Shown piece after piece: positions 12,271 through 25,884 of a stretch of 64,000 bases of DNA (position 1 is the stretch's first letter; each line of letters opens with the position of its first letter). The position numbers and the translations under genes were made by a program. This DNA is from Amoebophrya sp. A120 (taxonomy: Eukaryota > Protista > Dinoflagellata), in contig CAJINV010000003.1 of the NCBI GenBank assembly GCA_905178155.1, forward strand, positions 269,091 to 333,090, given 5' to 3'. The notes beneath the pieces were generated by a model, which saw only the letters and a list, made by a program, of their open reading frames with translations, was not told the DNA's origin and did no database searches.

Positions 12271-13967
12271 ATGGTCCTCTCACCATCGCCCGGCGTGATG
12301 TCGCCGGGCGGGCAGCACGCCAAGAGCCCAATGCACGGCGAGATGAACAGTACCAATAAAGCGGCGGGCGGCCTCTCCACACCGCGGCGCAGCATGACTC
12401 GAATTTCATCCCTAATGGGCGGCTCTTCCCCGCTAGAGCTACCGAGCCCACAGGTGCAGGAAGTGGCCGCGGAACTCCTCGCCGAGGACCAGGAGCAGGA
12501 CTTGCAACAGAAGCTCCCCGCCAGGCTGCACGAGCTGCGCGAGACGCAGCAGGACAGCATCAAAACGCAGGCGGAAATCGAGCAGTACAAGACGGCGTAC
12601 CGGCCGCAAACGGAGGACCGCCTCTTCGGTTCGGTGCGCCGCAAGGACGTGAAGAAGCCGCTGTCCCCGCGCGCACAGAAAGTGCGCGACATGCTGGATT
12701 CCTTCTACCGCGGCACGAGGACGTCCGCCGGAACTACGAACACCAACGGGGGATTCAACACCACCACGGGACAGCTGGTGATCCACCAGCCGCACCACCA
12801 GGGCACCACCACGGCGACGACCGCGACGCACGGACAGCACCCTTTTATGACGACCACGGGCACCGCGTTCTCCTTCTCAAGCGACAGCGACTCGCAGAAC
12901 CACCACATTGCGGGCGGCCGGTTCGACAAGTTTGAGCGGTACACGTTCGGCGAGCGCGGCTTCAACGCCATGGCCGACCATTTTCGGCTGGGCGGCATTC
13001 TGCACCCCGGGCACGGCTTGGAGGGCGGCCAGATGCCGGAAGCCAGCGTACCGCACATGGAGTGGGTGCCCACCCAGGAGGTGCACACGCAGCCGGGCGT
13101 CATGGCACCCAAGAAAAAGAAAAAGAAAACACCCTTTTGGTGCAGGAAAACGCCGGTATAAGTGTTCTTGTTCATCATGATGATGAGTAATTTTTAGCAC
13201 GTATACGGAATCATGTTGACTCTCGTACAACTGTGCGTCTTCATGATCAGGATTATGATTGTTGGTTTTTTTCCTCCGTATTGGATGCGCAATCCGATTC
13301 CATACAATACTTGTTGGTACTTCAACTGCATGGATGCGGATTTCGATTCCGTTCTAAAAACTTGTTCTGTTGCCACCAAGAACATCATCTTCAGGTCTTG
13401 ACTGATTACAACCGCATGGACGCGGCGGTGGGCATTCCCCAAGCGAAAATCTTCAACGACTCGCAGAAGGATTCGATCGAGCGGCTGATGAAGAACCTGT
13501 CGTGCCGTCGCACGGTGTACTCGGGGGCGATCTTTCGTCCCCAGACGGTCACCCAAGAAGCGTACGAGCAGTCGCTCGGCTACGGCGGTCCGGGGTCGTA
13601 CGGCATCCCGAAGCCGGCCGCCATTCAGGACCTCGCCGCGCAGCGGCGCACGCGGCGGTCCAAGCGGTTCATGCCGAAAACGTCCTGGCTCTCGGACTCG
13701 CTCAGTTGGGACGGCAGACTCAACCAGCACTACACGAACCACCGGGGCGCGCGCAGAAGCATGAGCACCGGCGGGGGCCTGATGTCCGCTTCTTCATCCG
13801 GTGCAGGTGGTTCCATCGCGGGGGCCCGCAGCGGCGCGCCGACGTCCGCGGGAAACGCGGCCCTGCTGGAACAACAGCTGCACGACGAATTCGGAATTGT
13901 GCCTGCCGAAGAGTACCGTCTCGGGTCGGTCTTCAACGACACCATCCTTGCGGACCAGATGCGCTGA
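12271..13967 (+). CDS. Hypothetical protein, 2 exons
   Basis: ORFs 12271 and 13233 join in phase 0 via GT-AG intron 13156-13394 (RKTP|VLTDYNRM). Exons are GC-rich and the intron is AT-rich. Confidence 0.72.
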
Positions 13968-14853
13968 CGGAGACAAACAGCGGAACCTCCTGCAGGACTG
14001 ACTTCTATTCTTCTTCTACTTGTTTACAACAACTTGCTGTACCTTTAGTTTCTTGTATGATACTTAGACTTGTCAATTAGTACAACGTTGCGGATGGAGC
14101 TAGAGCTACGCCTAGTTGCAATGCCGCCTACTTGTTGAACAATGTACACTAGAGATGGGTTGTGGCTGCTCTTCTGTAGCTGCTGCTTCATCATGTTTTG
14201 CACCGAGAATGCCCTGTTTCACTTCCAGATTGTCGTCACATTTGGTGACCGCTGGCTGCGAAAGAACGGTAACTGGACAGAAAAATTGAATAAGTACCCA
14301 ATGTTGCGGGATCGTGTGGGCCCTTGATGGAGTTCTTGTGCTATTGTTCAGCGGAACTACCACGTCAACAACAAGAAGTGTTAGTTTTGTACAAGTGGAA
14401 TCAGAAGTACTTTTGACAGAGAGCATTTTTGGCTGGCGGAAACACGGAGCGAAAATCGAGGAGAGGGGGTTAGTTTATTGTCGACGGAACGATTTGCATT
14501 TGGCCAAGAAGAAGAACAGCGTTTGCTTGGATTAGAGTACCCGCGCGTCGTTGATGTTGAAAGCCGACGATACGATTATCGTTTGTATATATCGATCCAA
14601 ATGCAGTACATTTATTCTCCTTCTGCAGCATAGAAAAGAGCGCACGCGCAGATAGTACAGGGAAAAAATATCGTAAGCACGGAGCGGCTTCTGCTTGTTG
14701 AGAAGCCGGCGCTAAGAATCTCCTGGTTATGCGCGGAATCTTCAAGGACAAGGAGCTGTTGTGGAGGTGCAAGAGTACTAGAACCTCGCTGGTGTACAAC
14801 GTTTCTGCTCGAACGAAGTTTTGTTTGCCCGGACTTCGTTGTCCGCCAGTATC

Positions 14854-17800
14854 ATGCGGGCTGCACCGGAAGAGCACCGGGACGAAGAACCAGAAGTACA
14901 TGAAAAGCCGAAGAGCTCCGCGCAGCAGCAGCTGCCGAATAAACAGGAGAGCAAGGACATCAACTACATCAAAGACAGCTACGTCGTGGTTTCCGAGCAC
15001 GAGAGGAACAGTCGTCAGTCGGGCGGTGCGACGACGAATTCGGATTCGAACAACACTCGAAGGAGGACAAGCGTAAACTCGGAGGCGTCATCTTCCTCAT
15101 CCTCCTATGTACTCAAGCAGTCGCGGGGGTCCAAGCGCGAGCGCGACCGCCGGTGCGCAAGCGAGCCTGCAGGGAGTGCAGGAGCTTCTTCAGGTGGTTT
15201 CATTTCTTGTGCATGCCTGTCCGACGCACTCGCGCTCTTGACACATCCGTTTCGCATCCTCGAACAAGCGGCCGCGTCGCATGGCTCTAGTTCAACGTCG
15301 AGCAAAGGTGCTGCAGGCGATGGCCCTGGAGGTAGTAGCTCATCCTCATCCTGGGCGCGGAATTGCTACGACTGGTCCGCGCGCGGCGGGTTTTGCGGGT
15401 CTCTGTTCTTCGGGCGCGACCAGTGGCACAAGGCTGCGAAGAAATCCGTGGAGCGGGCCCGTTGGCGGCGGAAGAGCGAGGGCGAAGCGCGATTTTCCTC
15501 AGCGGTAGACCGCATGCGTCCGCGACACTCCTCGCACCCCGGCGGACGAAGGAACAAGCGGCGGACGCAAAAGCACCTTGCGGGCACCATTTCTACTAAC
15601 GAAGCCCAAAAAGAGGACCTTTTTGGGCCGCGCGCCGACAGATCGATTCGACCACAGCCCGCTTCGCTGTTTGCTCCATCGGAGTTTCTCGCGCATTTGC
15701 GACAACGAAGCTACTTCCTCCTGGCGGACGGCCGCGATCTCTCCTACCACTGGGAACCCGAGACGCTCAACTCCGCGTCCTCCAGCTTTCTGCTGGAAAA
15801 CGACCGCGGCATGATCTCGCCCCGCCAATCAGGAACTGCTCGAATAATTGATGCACCCGGCGGAGGACAAAGTAGTAGCGGCCACCCGGTCGGGCGCAGC
15901 CGGTCCAGTCCGTCTCGCCGAACTGAGGCGCGTGGTGAGGAGGGCTTTGAAGACGCTGACTTCTGTGCGCACCAGACCGCAGATTACGCCAGGCGTATTG
16001 ACAACCTGCTGGACCACCAGCGCGGGACCACGGTAAAGGGCGGCTCCCTTTCGAGCACCGCGCCTCCGCACCTGCAGCCACCGCATTTGCGCGACGCGGC
16101 CACTTCCACCACCGGCTTGCTGCTTTCCCGACTCTTCCACACGGTGCGCAGCACGGCGTCCAGAAACTCGATCTCCTCGTCCCACGGGGGCGTTGGCGTT
16201 CCGAACACCGCTCGGGCTACATTGTCCTCGCGCCACGACGACGAGGAACTGACAGAGCAAGAGAAGCTGAGCAAACTGGCCTTCGATTACGAGTATTACG
16301 GCCCCTACGCCCACGTGCCGCTGCTGTCGGACCGCGAGGGCCAGGAAGCAGTGTTAAACTTCTGCACCCTGCTCGAGGGCATCCAGGACGGGGCTTCCCT
16401 GCTCATTTTCTACTTCCTGAAGAACACCTTTCACCTGTCGCCCGTCATGATGAGCATCAGTTTCGGCATCACGAATTTACCGTGGATTATCAAACCCATC
16501 ATGGCTTACACCACGGATACCGTCTTCATAAACGACCAGCGCCGCAAGCCGTATGTCGTGCTTGCCAACCTGCTCGCAGCCGCGGCCTACCTGGGGATCG
16601 GTATGATTTACGAATTTCGTTTGGTTAATACTTCTCTTTGCTCTAGTCAGTCGATAAGATGGAGCCAATGACGTGCATGTCACCAACAATGCGTGCTGCC
16701 ACCTGTAGCTGTATTTTTTTTTGTTTGCATTTTATTACTTACTATGACCGCAGGCGTCACGCATTCCTTCCCCGTATCCCTGCTGTGCCTTGCGACGGCG
16801 GGTGTAGGCCGCGCGTTTGGACTGGCAGCGATTCAGGGTTTCATCGTAGAAAACTCGGAACGCAGCGCCGCGAATGGTCCCGTGTCGGAATTCTTCTGGA
16901 TGCGCGCGGTGGGCGGCTTGGTGGCCTCGTATTTCTCTGGCGTTCTCATCGGTCATGGCAACGACCCCGGCTATCTACTGTCGTGTCTTGCGGTAGCGCC
17001 CACACTCGCCGCCGCCGTCGCCGCGCGGTTCATGATTGAGCAGCAGCGCAGCCGAACCAGCCAACTCAGTTCGCCTTTTCTGGAACTTCCGGCAAGCCTG
17101 CACAAGACGCGGTCGTTGCGCGAAAATTGGGATAATTTGAAGTACGCGATGCAGAAACCCGTTTTCTTGGGACCGCTGATCTACCTACTGTGGTACAGAG
17201 AAGTTGTGACATTGAAGTCTGTACTTGTCGTTATCCGCCATGCAAAAACCATCTTTGACACGTGATCTTTTTTGTACGGCTTTCGAACAACCTTAACCTT
17301 TTCTCCGTAGCTTACATCTCATCTTTTGCAACAGTGAGTTACTCCCTCCTTCAAATCAATTCTCCCAGTTACTCGTGCGGGCCCAATTACGACGACGCCT
17401 TGTACTATTTTTACGTGAACCAGCTGCACTTCTCGCCGGAGTTCATGGGCCGGGTCTCCCTGATCCACTCGGGCGCGAAGCTGATGGGGTTGGCCCTCTA
17501 CCGCTACTGCCTCGGGCAAAACCTGACTTCCCGGCAAGTACTAGCCACCGCTACCCTCGTGTCCATCCCGTTCTACGTCACACCCAGCCTGATCACCTCG
17601 GGCGCCTACCAGAGTCTCGGTTGGAACCCGAAACTGCTCGCCCTGGGCGGGGAGATCATACGCGACTCCTTCCTCTACGTCCAGCTCATGCCCGCCCTTG
17701 CGGCTGCGGCAAAGGTCGGACCCGCCGGAATGGAAAGTATACGTGATTTTGTTTTCCTATCCCGTGATGGACCACGACGAATGCCTGGCTGCATTAAACA

Positions 17801-18792
17801 AGACTGACAGTTGTAGTTGATGCAAGCCGCGGTCGTACTTGATTGAGACACAGGATCAGGAGTGAAAGTGTTTCAAGCTTATGTTGTATTTTCGTCGCCA
17901 TTTTGTTGCTCGTCTATCGAGCCAAACCTCAACCTGAAGCAGGACCTCGTCTCCGAACACCGCTTGTTCTGTAATGGTCTACTTGATATTCCACCACGAC
18001 ACCAGGTACTGTTTTTTCGGTCGTAACGGCGCTGGGAAACGCCGGGCGCGCGGTGCAACGGCTGAGTTATGAATTGCAAAAGTATCGCACTCGTATAAAT
18101 GCATTACAAATACAAACTTCCTCACCATGAGACATAAAAAAAACAAGATTTGTAATGCAAGGCTTGCATTTATACGAGTGCGATACTTTTGCACAGGATA
18201 TGAGTTCCGCGGGCACGATTTACGCCTTCGGGGTTTCGGCGGAAAACTACACGCACCTGACCAGCCTGATCTTTTTCTGTGGCGGGACGCTGTGTTTGCC
18301 GCTGCTCATCCTTCCGTACGTGCAGTTCGTGGACGAACACGAGGACGAACGCAGTCCGGCGGACGACGACAGCGACTTGTTTACCTTCAATCGCAACGTC
18401 GAACACGAAATCGTCGGGAAAACCACCGTATGCATTGCAAAAGTATCGTACTAGTATAAATCGCATCACAAATAATTTTTCCAGGAACGAAAATGCAATT
18501 TCAATTTGTCATGCTGGACAAGGCGTCTTTGGGTTGATCAACTCACCCGAAACACAATGCCATTCCCGCAGTAGCACAGTCTGTTTATGTCATGCTGGAC
18601 AAGGTAGAAAGTTAGATTTGTAATGCATGCCTGCCAACATTGCTACGACTACGAATACGATACTTTTGCACAGGATACACCGTCATCGCGATGCCTCGTC
18701 CTGGGGGGCCAGCTGAACGACGGGACGAGATGAGCCGTAACACAGCTGCAAGTTTAGGCTCCGTGTTGGTACAGGCCCCCGCATTGAGCTGA
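14854..18792 (+). CDS. BT1/folate-biopterin transporter family protein (MFS-related) with long disordered N-terminus
   Basis: Motifs LPWIIKPIMAYTTD, RRKPY and GPAGMESTVFS..LGN. GT-AG introns at 16619-16753, 17193-17368 and 17737-18005. Introners at 18068-18200 and 18429-18677. Stop TGA at 18790-18792. Confidence 0.88.
18068..18200. mobile_element. Introner, family F3 (133 bp)
   Basis: TIR TATnnnnTGCAAAAGTATCGCACTCGTATAAATGCA. Direct repeat TGAGT at 18063-18067 and 18201-18205. Junction reads QRLS|SAGTIY. Confidence 0.92.
18429..18677. mobile_element. Introner, family F3, expanded copy (249 bp)
   Basis: Ends TATGCATTGCAAAAGTATCGTA and TACGATACTTTTGCACAGGATA. Direct repeat CACCG at 18424-18428 and 18678-18682. 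Internal duplication TGTCATGCTGGACAAGG at ~18507 and ~18588. Confidence 0.9.
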
Positions 18793-20385
18793 CGAAAGAG
18801 CAGCGACGTACCTCGGCAAGGTAGGTTCTTGCAGCAAAAGGTTGTGCTGCTGGCTCGTGTGAAATTTTTAAACCATTATCCCTGAAAGTGAAAGCAAAGA
18901 AATCGAAACAACATCAAAACTTTACAATCAACGGCCATTGCCTCGCGATGCACCTCGGCGTTTGCGAAACGCGCGATGGTATTTATGTCAACTTTATTTG
19001 GTGCAAAATCTAAAACTAACGACGACGTCTATAAACATTTTTGTCATTGTAGCAGAGCTACTGGTGCTACTCCTCTCGATCCTGAATGGGTCACGTAGCA
19101 TATTAAGTCCCATGATCCCTGCTATGATGTTGTATCTATACGCCGGCAAACGTCGCGACTATTTGTATTTCATCGCATTTCCGTGCCTGCCGCTCTTAGA
19201 TGAAGGGACGGAAATTTATGGCAACTTGAATAGCAGAACTCTTAGCCACTCGGGTACGAAGAAAAAGATGCTGCATTTTTTTGAATTTGACGGGGAGAGT
19301 AGCAGTAGCAAGAGGCCGCACGGGTTTCAGCGGTGGGGGATTTTTGATTATCATGTACGATATAATATGTAGTACTTCCTACGTTTCTCTTTGTTGTTGT
19401 TCTGTCAACATCTAGAAGTTTCTAGCTGTGCCCCCCCCGCCATGATGCTTCTCCTATCGGGGATTGACAGATAGCAACACAAGTACTTCGCTTTTGGGAA
19501 TACAACAATAAACGATCATGATGTTTGGTTGCTAGAGGCGGTCTCCGCGAACATCCTGCAAAACCAGCAGCGGTTGCCGACGAAGAGCCGTGGGAAGCTT
19601 TCGCATGTTTTTGTTCTACTTGTCCCTAGGTGGACGACACCACGGCGTTGGATGCCATTGCAAAGTACTAGTAAGTTGCTGCACATAATTTTCTGGTTTC
19701 GCTCTATTTGCTTTGATCGAAACTGTCGCTGATCGATTTCTACTTTTGGTGGAGCACAAGTTTGGATAACGTTCACGATGGTCTTGGTCTTCATGTTTTT
19801 TATAGATCAGCAGGACGATAATTGAAGGGGAGCCTCATGAACCTGTGCCAGGATCTTGATCCTCATCGAAATGTGGCGCGATCGCAATAGGAATAGCTAT
19901 AGCATTGGATGTGATATAAAAGAGGTTCTTTGATGACGGCCAGGCGACTGCAAAGTGATTCGTCACAGAAGCATGCTCGATAAAAAAAGAAAATGAAAAT
20001 ACCAGCAACTGTCATTGATCAGAAGTAAATAGCATGAGATCAAGAAAATTTGTTGAATAATGTTTTGCCTGGTAAAAACACGATCACGATCATGGTTCAT
20101 GAAACTTTGTCTCACGATTTCACCGAAACAGCGAACAGTTGTTAGTTTCTTATATGAGAAAGTTCGTACAGTGGCTCTGAACGGAAATTCGAATTTTATC
20201 GTGGAGTTTGTATCCTTGTCTAAGTAACACAAACCCATCAGGGTTATTGAGCAACAGAAACCAAGATACATCTTTGCGACCAGATTACGTTGTTTGAGAA
20301 GGTGAGTAGATAAAGCAGACCCCTACATACTAAAAGTGATTTACATTCGAATGTCCTCCGATTAAGCATTTGACGCGACGAAAAC

Positions 20386-23268
20386 ATGGAAGAATACGAC
20401 AACCGAAACGGTTTGAGTCACGACAGCGTGGTTGATGTGGCCAGGCCCACACTCAACGGCGACCACGCGGCACCGAAGAACGCCGACGATTCGTCCACCG
20501 TCGACACCGGACAGGAACCGGAAATAACAGCGGCCACCAGCGTGATGGATGGGACAAACGGCTTGGCAGGAGACAACGAAGATCAAAATGGTGCTGATTT
20601 GAATCAGCTACAACCCCTCCCCTCCGAGCGAGACGAGTTCGAAAGTACGCGCAGCCAATCGGAATTGTCTGATCATGACGAGCAGAGGTCGTGTCTGGCT
20701 TTTGGCGATCTGCCTAGCGACGACGACGACCTGACGAACAACACGCGGCGGCAAGGCGACTGGGAAGCAGAACAAGATGAACTGGAAGATGACCCTGGTG
20801 AAGATGAACCACTAGTAGTGAGTCATTTCGACTCTGTGGTACGAGAGGGAGCGCAAATAAACACCCCAACACGACTGTGTTTTGTCTCGCAGCACGCGGA
20901 AAACCTGAGTTTTGCGGAAAGGTGCCGTTTATTCAACGCGAAAGACGGGACGGTGCTGAGCTACCTGAGGAAGAAAGGTTACGTCACCGGAAGGATTCCA
21001 GCGTTCACAGAGATCCACAACGACATAGTTCCTGGAGAAGGAGAGGCAGATGAGACAAAAAAAACTTTCGTCCCCTACGAGGCCTTCGTCGAGTTCAAAA
21101 CGATGCTGTGCGAGGTGGTGGAGAAGAAACAAGGAAAATGGCGCAGCCTGAAGACCCCCCACCCGATTACCGGCGCGCCGGACCACGGACGTTTCGTGTG
21201 TCTCGTGGTTCCGTGGATGGCGGACCCAGCGGTACTAGACCGCGAATTCTTGGACGATTTGAACCCCTGGTTGCTGACGTTGTTGCACCTCGACCCGAGA
21301 AAGCAAAAGCTCCGAACCTGCCGCGCCGAGAAGGTTGCCCGCCTGTTTCCCAGCAGCCAGGGTGTCGTACCGCCCCCGTACCCGCACAAAGGATATAACT
21401 CGGGGTACGGGAGGATGAAGTGGCTGGTGAGTTGTACACAGGGAGTTGTCCAGCTGGACGCAAATGACCAGCCGCCCCCTTCGCAGTGGCACGAGCGGGA
21501 GCAGTTTCTCATGTTGAACAGTGGCGTCGAAAATAATGGGGATCGCGATCGCACCCCTCATCTGTGGGCAGAGCGAACCATTCCCTGGGTGTTCTTGCAG
21601 CCCGAGCAGTACGGACACGCCAATATCGGTGTTTCGCTGCAGGTCAGCCCGACGGAGACCGTCCTTGCCAGTTCGGTCGAGGTGTTGCAGAACGAGTTGT
21701 GTCAGGAGTTAATTTCGACCGCTATCAACCTACCGCAACCAGAATGGCGCTACGCGCCAGACCGCGGTCTCGTACGGGAGCAGCGCACGGGGATCGCTTT
21801 TCGACACAACTCGGGCGGTGACTCACTTGTTCCTCTGTCGTGTCTCACCCACTGCATTTATTTTGCGCCTAGCACCGTGGAGGTGGACGACGAGGGCAGC
21901 AACAACGGCGAAACAGAGTTGACGCAAACATTACAAAAGGAACAAGCCAGCAGCAACCTCTCCAAGAAGAAGGAAAAAAAGATGTTGAAGAAGAAGGCCG
22001 GAAAAAATAAAGTGAAACAAGGCGAAGATCATGATGTCAATGTTACTACCGAGATGTTGAACGACGACACGCAGATGAACCACAAACCGTGGCTGACAAC
22101 GCCCATTGCTCTCGCGGACGACCCCTACCTAAAAGCGTTGCAAGAGGAGCACCGGGACAAGTTGGAAATTTGTTGTGTGGCCACTTTAGCCGACGCGGCG
22201 CTGGACGAGTTTCGGGACTTGCGCAAGCGGGACAACAACTTTGTGGTCCAAGATATCGACAACCAGCACTTGGTCTACGCCGAGGGCGGCAGTACCATCG
22301 AGCAGGTCTTGCAATGTTGTATTGAGCATGAAAAGAAAACTATCGAAATCGAAGCTGTAAATTCCCCCACTGCAGCTTGTACCGCCGTGACGTTCGACGA
22401 GGAGAGCACGCCTTCCCCCACCACGACGACGTCTAGTACTACAGCATCCGTCTCAACACCGCCCCGACGAGATGATGTTGAGACCGAACCACATTCTAGT
22501 AGAACTCCGAAGATCGCCGTCCCGCCCACCGTTGTTCGGAGTATGTTGATGAAAAAATGTCAGTTCATCACGCACATGGACAAAATTTTGAAAAAAGCCG
22601 CGGAGCAGCAGAAAAACGGAAAAGTTTTCAGATTGAAAGTCGTGATCGCCACGACCGAGGTGTTGAAACTGATCCTGGAAACGAAAACTCTCGGTCCCTG
22701 CACGGTGCTGGCGATGGCGGAGAAACCGAAAAACGACGTGACTCCGTTTTTGAATGGTCAGATGAAAAAGGTACTCGTGCTGGACGGACTCACGAACGCG
22801 GACAACGTGGGTTCGCTCGTGCGCACCGCGAGCTGCTTCGGGATCGAAGGGATTTTGTTGTCCAAAAATTGCTGCAATTGCTGGTCCCGCCGCGCCATCC
22901 GGGTCTGCATGGGACACTGCTTCCGCATCCCGATCTTTCAGGAAACCGACGAGTGGCCCTTCGAAAAGCTGTTCAACACGCAGGACGACATGAACCGCAA
23001 GCAAAAGGTGACCAAGTTTGCGGCCGTCGTGCAGAACCACACGCAGTGGCTGCACCAGGTCGACTTCGGGACGCAGCTCAGCGGGGGCTACTTTTTGGTG
23101 ATGGGCGCCGAATACGACGGCGTGAGCGACCGAGTCCGCGGACTGTGCGACGTGCAGCTGAAGATCCGCATGGCGCCGGGGTGCGACTCCTTTAACGTGC
23201 ACAATGCTGCGAGTATGATCCTACACCATTTCGAAACGGTGGGGCTGGAGGACGAGGATGAACAGTGA
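20386..23268 (+). CDS. SpoU/TrmH-family (SPOUT) RNA methyltransferase with long N-terminal extension, apparently intronless
   Basis: C-terminal motifs VLVLDGLTNADNVGSLVRTASCFG, LVMGAEYDGVS and IRMAPGCDSFNVHNAASMILH in a 960-aa ORF. Confidence 0.9.
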   Translation: MEEYDNRNGLSHDSVVDVARPTLNGDHAAPKNADDSSTVDTGQEPEITAATSVMDGTNGLAGDNEDQNGADLNQLQPLPSERDEFESTRSQSELSDHDEQRSCLAFGDLPSDDDDLTNNTRRQGDWEAEQDELEDDPGEDEPLVVSHFDSVVREGAQINTPTRLCFVSQHAENLSFAERCRLFNAKDGTVLSYLRKKGYVTGRIPAFTEIHNDIVPGEGEADETKKTFVPYEAFVEFKTMLCEVVEKKQGKWRSLKTPHPITGAPDHGRFVCLVVPWMADPAVLDREFLDDLNPWLLTLLHLDPRKQKLRTCRAEKVARLFPSSQGVVPPPYPHKGYNSGYGRMKWLVSCTQGVVQLDANDQPPPSQWHEREQFLMLNSGVENNGDRDRTPHLWAERTIPWVFLQPEQYGHANIGVSLQVSPTETVLASSVEVLQNELCQELISTAINLPQPEWRYAPDRGLVREQRTGIAFRHNSGGDSLVPLSCLTHCIYFAPSTVEVDDEGSNNGETELTQTLQKEQASSNLSKKKEKKMLKKKAGKNKVKQGEDHDVNVTTEMLNDDTQMNHKPWLTTPIALADDPYLKALQEEHRDKLEICCVATLADAALDEFRDLRKRDNNFVVQDIDNQHLVYAEGGSTIEQVLQCCIEHEKKTIEIEAVNSPTAACTAVTFDEESTPSPTTTTSSTTASVSTPPRRDDVETEPHSSRTPKIAVPPTVVRSMLMKKCQFITHMDKILKKAAEQQKNGKVFRLKVVIATTEVLKLILETKTLGPCTVLAMAEKPKNDVTPFLNGQMKKVLVLDGLTNADNVGSLVRTASCFGIEGILLSKNCCNCWSRRAIRVCMGHCFRIPIFQETDEWPFEKLFNTQDDMNRKQKVTKFAAVVQNHTQWLHQVDFGTQLSGGYFLVMGAEYDGVSDRVRGLCDVQLKIRMAPGCDSFNVHNAASMILHHFETVGLEDEDEQ

Positions 23269-23797
23269 GCGGGAAATAAGTAAGTCGTAGTGGAGGTGCG
23301 GGAAAATTATAACCTGGGTTAATCAAATGACGAACTACGGCTCAAAACCGAGAAGATTCAAGTCATCGAATAAAGAAGAAGAACTGCATCTTCAACGGAC
23401 TCTAATCGAGGCGTCCGCTTTCATCTTCACATGAGATTTTATAAAAAGAATTTGAATTACGCTTACGCATACGCATGCCATCTTGGTTGAAAAATCTTCT
23501 TCGCAGTGCTACAAGGTAGACCTTTGTGATGTAGTGCCGAGCCTGTCAACAGTTTTGGTTCGGTGTTGTTCAGTCCTTTCAGTTTCTGTTTCCCTTATTT
23601 GTGTTTGCTTTGGAGAGATTTGCATCACGTCGCGAGAGAGACCAGTAACGACAAACAGCCACTCTATGCCAATAAATGCGTGTGGTGAGCAGGAGTGTTT
23701 TATGAATCTGACCCTTACGTCTTTAGACTCTTGAGCTTGACCCACTTCTTTGGCGGAGCGCAGGGACGAGAGAGTGCACAAAGCGAGACCACATATA

Positions 23798-25884
23798 ATG
23801 GCTGCGGGAACGAGTATAGCAGCGGCGGATCAAGAAGGCGTCATGACAAAGTTCACGCCGCCTGGGATCGGAGAATTGGCGTCGCGGTTCTTCGTTTTGG
23901 GATGCACGTGTTTCGGGGGCCCGTCCGTGCATCTGGCTGTTTTTCAGCAGATGTTTGTGGGCAAGTGGTTTTCAGCGGCTCTGTTCGCCGAGCTGATGGC
24001 GTTCGCGCACGTGCTGCCCGGTCCGACTTCCACGCAGGTGGCATTTCTCATCGGCCTCGCTGTTATTTCCGGCGAAATGCAGACACAACCAGCACAACTG
24101 AAGCCGGGGGGTGCAGCTGCAGGCACGGGGCCGAATTCCAGCATTCTGCGAACGGCGCTGCTCGCAAGTCCAGGAGGCGGGGGACCAAATAATACTTCCG
24201 GAAGTAAGACGTATCCCTGGTACTACCCGGGATTGGTTTCTGGAGGGCTCTTCATCCTTCCCGGATTCGCGCTCATGTCCTTGCTGGGTTACTTCACGGT
24301 CACGTACCAGCAAACGCTGGAGAAGTCGGAATTTGTCGGCTGCGTGCTGATCGGCCTTGCGGCGGTCGGTTGGGGCATGGTGGCTGCGGCAGCGCGGGGT
24401 ATGGTGGCCGGTACGTGTGGCGCCAGCAACTGGAAGCTACTCGTCTGTGCGGGCTCGTGCGTTGTTACCCTGTTAGTGTACCCAACGTCCTATGTGGACT
24501 ATGCGTTTCCCTTTCTCATCCTGCTTGGCGGGTGCTGCGCGTTGGTGGCTAGCTCCGCAGAGACGCAAGGCACTTCCGGTGAAAAAGTTGCAGGTACTGA
24601 ACCTTTTTTTGTTCGCAAATCATAATCAATGTACATGTAGAATTTATGTTATAACTAGCAACAGCGCTTCCACTTCTTGTACTTCTGATCTCGATTGAAT
24701 GCAGATTCTGCCTTGCAATTGATTAAGCTATACTGTTCCATTCGGAAGTACTTAGTCCAACGAAACGGACTGACCCCCGTGATCAGAGCATTGTTCGTGT
24801 ATAGCGTTGTTCACCCCGTTGACACGATCACCATATTTTTATCAACAGACCCGGTGAACACCGGTGGCAACGCACCACCAGGAGAGGGTCCCACCGCCAC
24901 TGCGGTTCTTCTCCAGAACAGCCTGGCACTCCTTCTGCTTCTCGGTTGGGTGACGGTTCTTCTTCTGTGCATCTTTGGGCAGCCGATGTTCTCACAGTCA
25001 GTTTTCGCGCAGTTCTACACGACGGGCGCGCTCGTTTTTGGGGGTGGCCCCGTGGTGCTGCCCTTGCTGGACAAAAAGCTCGTGAGTACCGGCCGCATCA
25101 CGACGCCGGAGTTCCTCGCCGGGCTTAGTCTAGGCCAAGCGATCCCCGTATCCTGAGTAAAAACGTCCCCACCCCATAGTTGTCATGCAGATTTGCAGTC
25201 ACAGAAAGTAAAGATTTGTCATGCGCATCCCCATGAGAGACTGACAATTCCAGTCGTGTTTTGGACTTTGTGATGCTGTAAACAGGATGAGCAGATGGAT
25301 TTGTGTTTCGGCTGTACTTGCTAAACTGCACTACAATACAGAGACGAACTTGTCATGCTTTACCCCCAAAACCTCTCGATTTGTGTTGCGAGATCCCCAT
25401 CTTGACTCTGGAGTGGGGACGTTTTTGCTCAGGATACCCCGGGCCCATGTTCAACCTTGGGACGTACCTCGGCGCACTGTCACTACCTGCGAACCCGTTC
25501 GTCGGCGCGGTGCAGGGCTGCCTCGGGCTGTTCTCCCCGGGGGTCGTGCTGATCTTCGGCCTCTTTCCCTTCTGGAAGGCACTGCGGCAGCGGTCACAAA
25601 TCTACCAGCGCATGCTGCCGGGCATGAACGCCGCGGCCACCGGCTTGATTGCGGCCTCGCTGTTTGTCCTGTACCGCCAATTGCAGCAGCAGAGACCACC
25701 TTCACTGGCCGCCTCCGTCTACCTGGTTCCGGCGATCGCCATTTGCGGGGTGGCCCTTGTGAAAGTTGCTAGCGTACCTGAACCGCTGGCCATCATCGCT
25801 GGCGGCGTGCTAACGGGCGTTTATTCCTACGCAGTCGCGGGTACTGCGGGGGACGTCTTCACGTTATTTGAATTTTCACCTTGA
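23798..25884 (+). CDS. chrA: Chromate ion transporter (CHR family, two-domain)
   Basis: Motifs LGCTCFGGPSVHL, AHVLPGPTSTQ, GALVFGGGPVVLPLL and GQAIPGPMFN (the last only after removing introner 25149-25436). GT-AG intron at 24594-24848. Confidence 0.93.
25149..25436. mobile_element. Introner, family F2 (288 bp), opposite orientation to 8456-8734
   Basis: TIR TATCCTGAG(T/C)AAAAACGTCCCCAC. Direct repeat CCCCG at 25144-25148 and 25437-25441. It splits the conserved IPGP motif. Confidence 0.95.

Noticed and set aside
17979-18454. Recurrent peptides such as CAKVSYSY, HLYECDTFAQD and QKYRTRINA in many short ORFs
   Set aside because: They are translations of F3 introner TIRs, not a protein family.
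25425-25441. CAG inside the ...CAGGATA end of F2/F3 elements as a normal 3' splice site
   Set aside because: There is no matching GT donor. Using it would add 3 residues to invariant motifs (ChrA IPGP, V-ATPase GMTR), and many copies end in CATA with no such AG.
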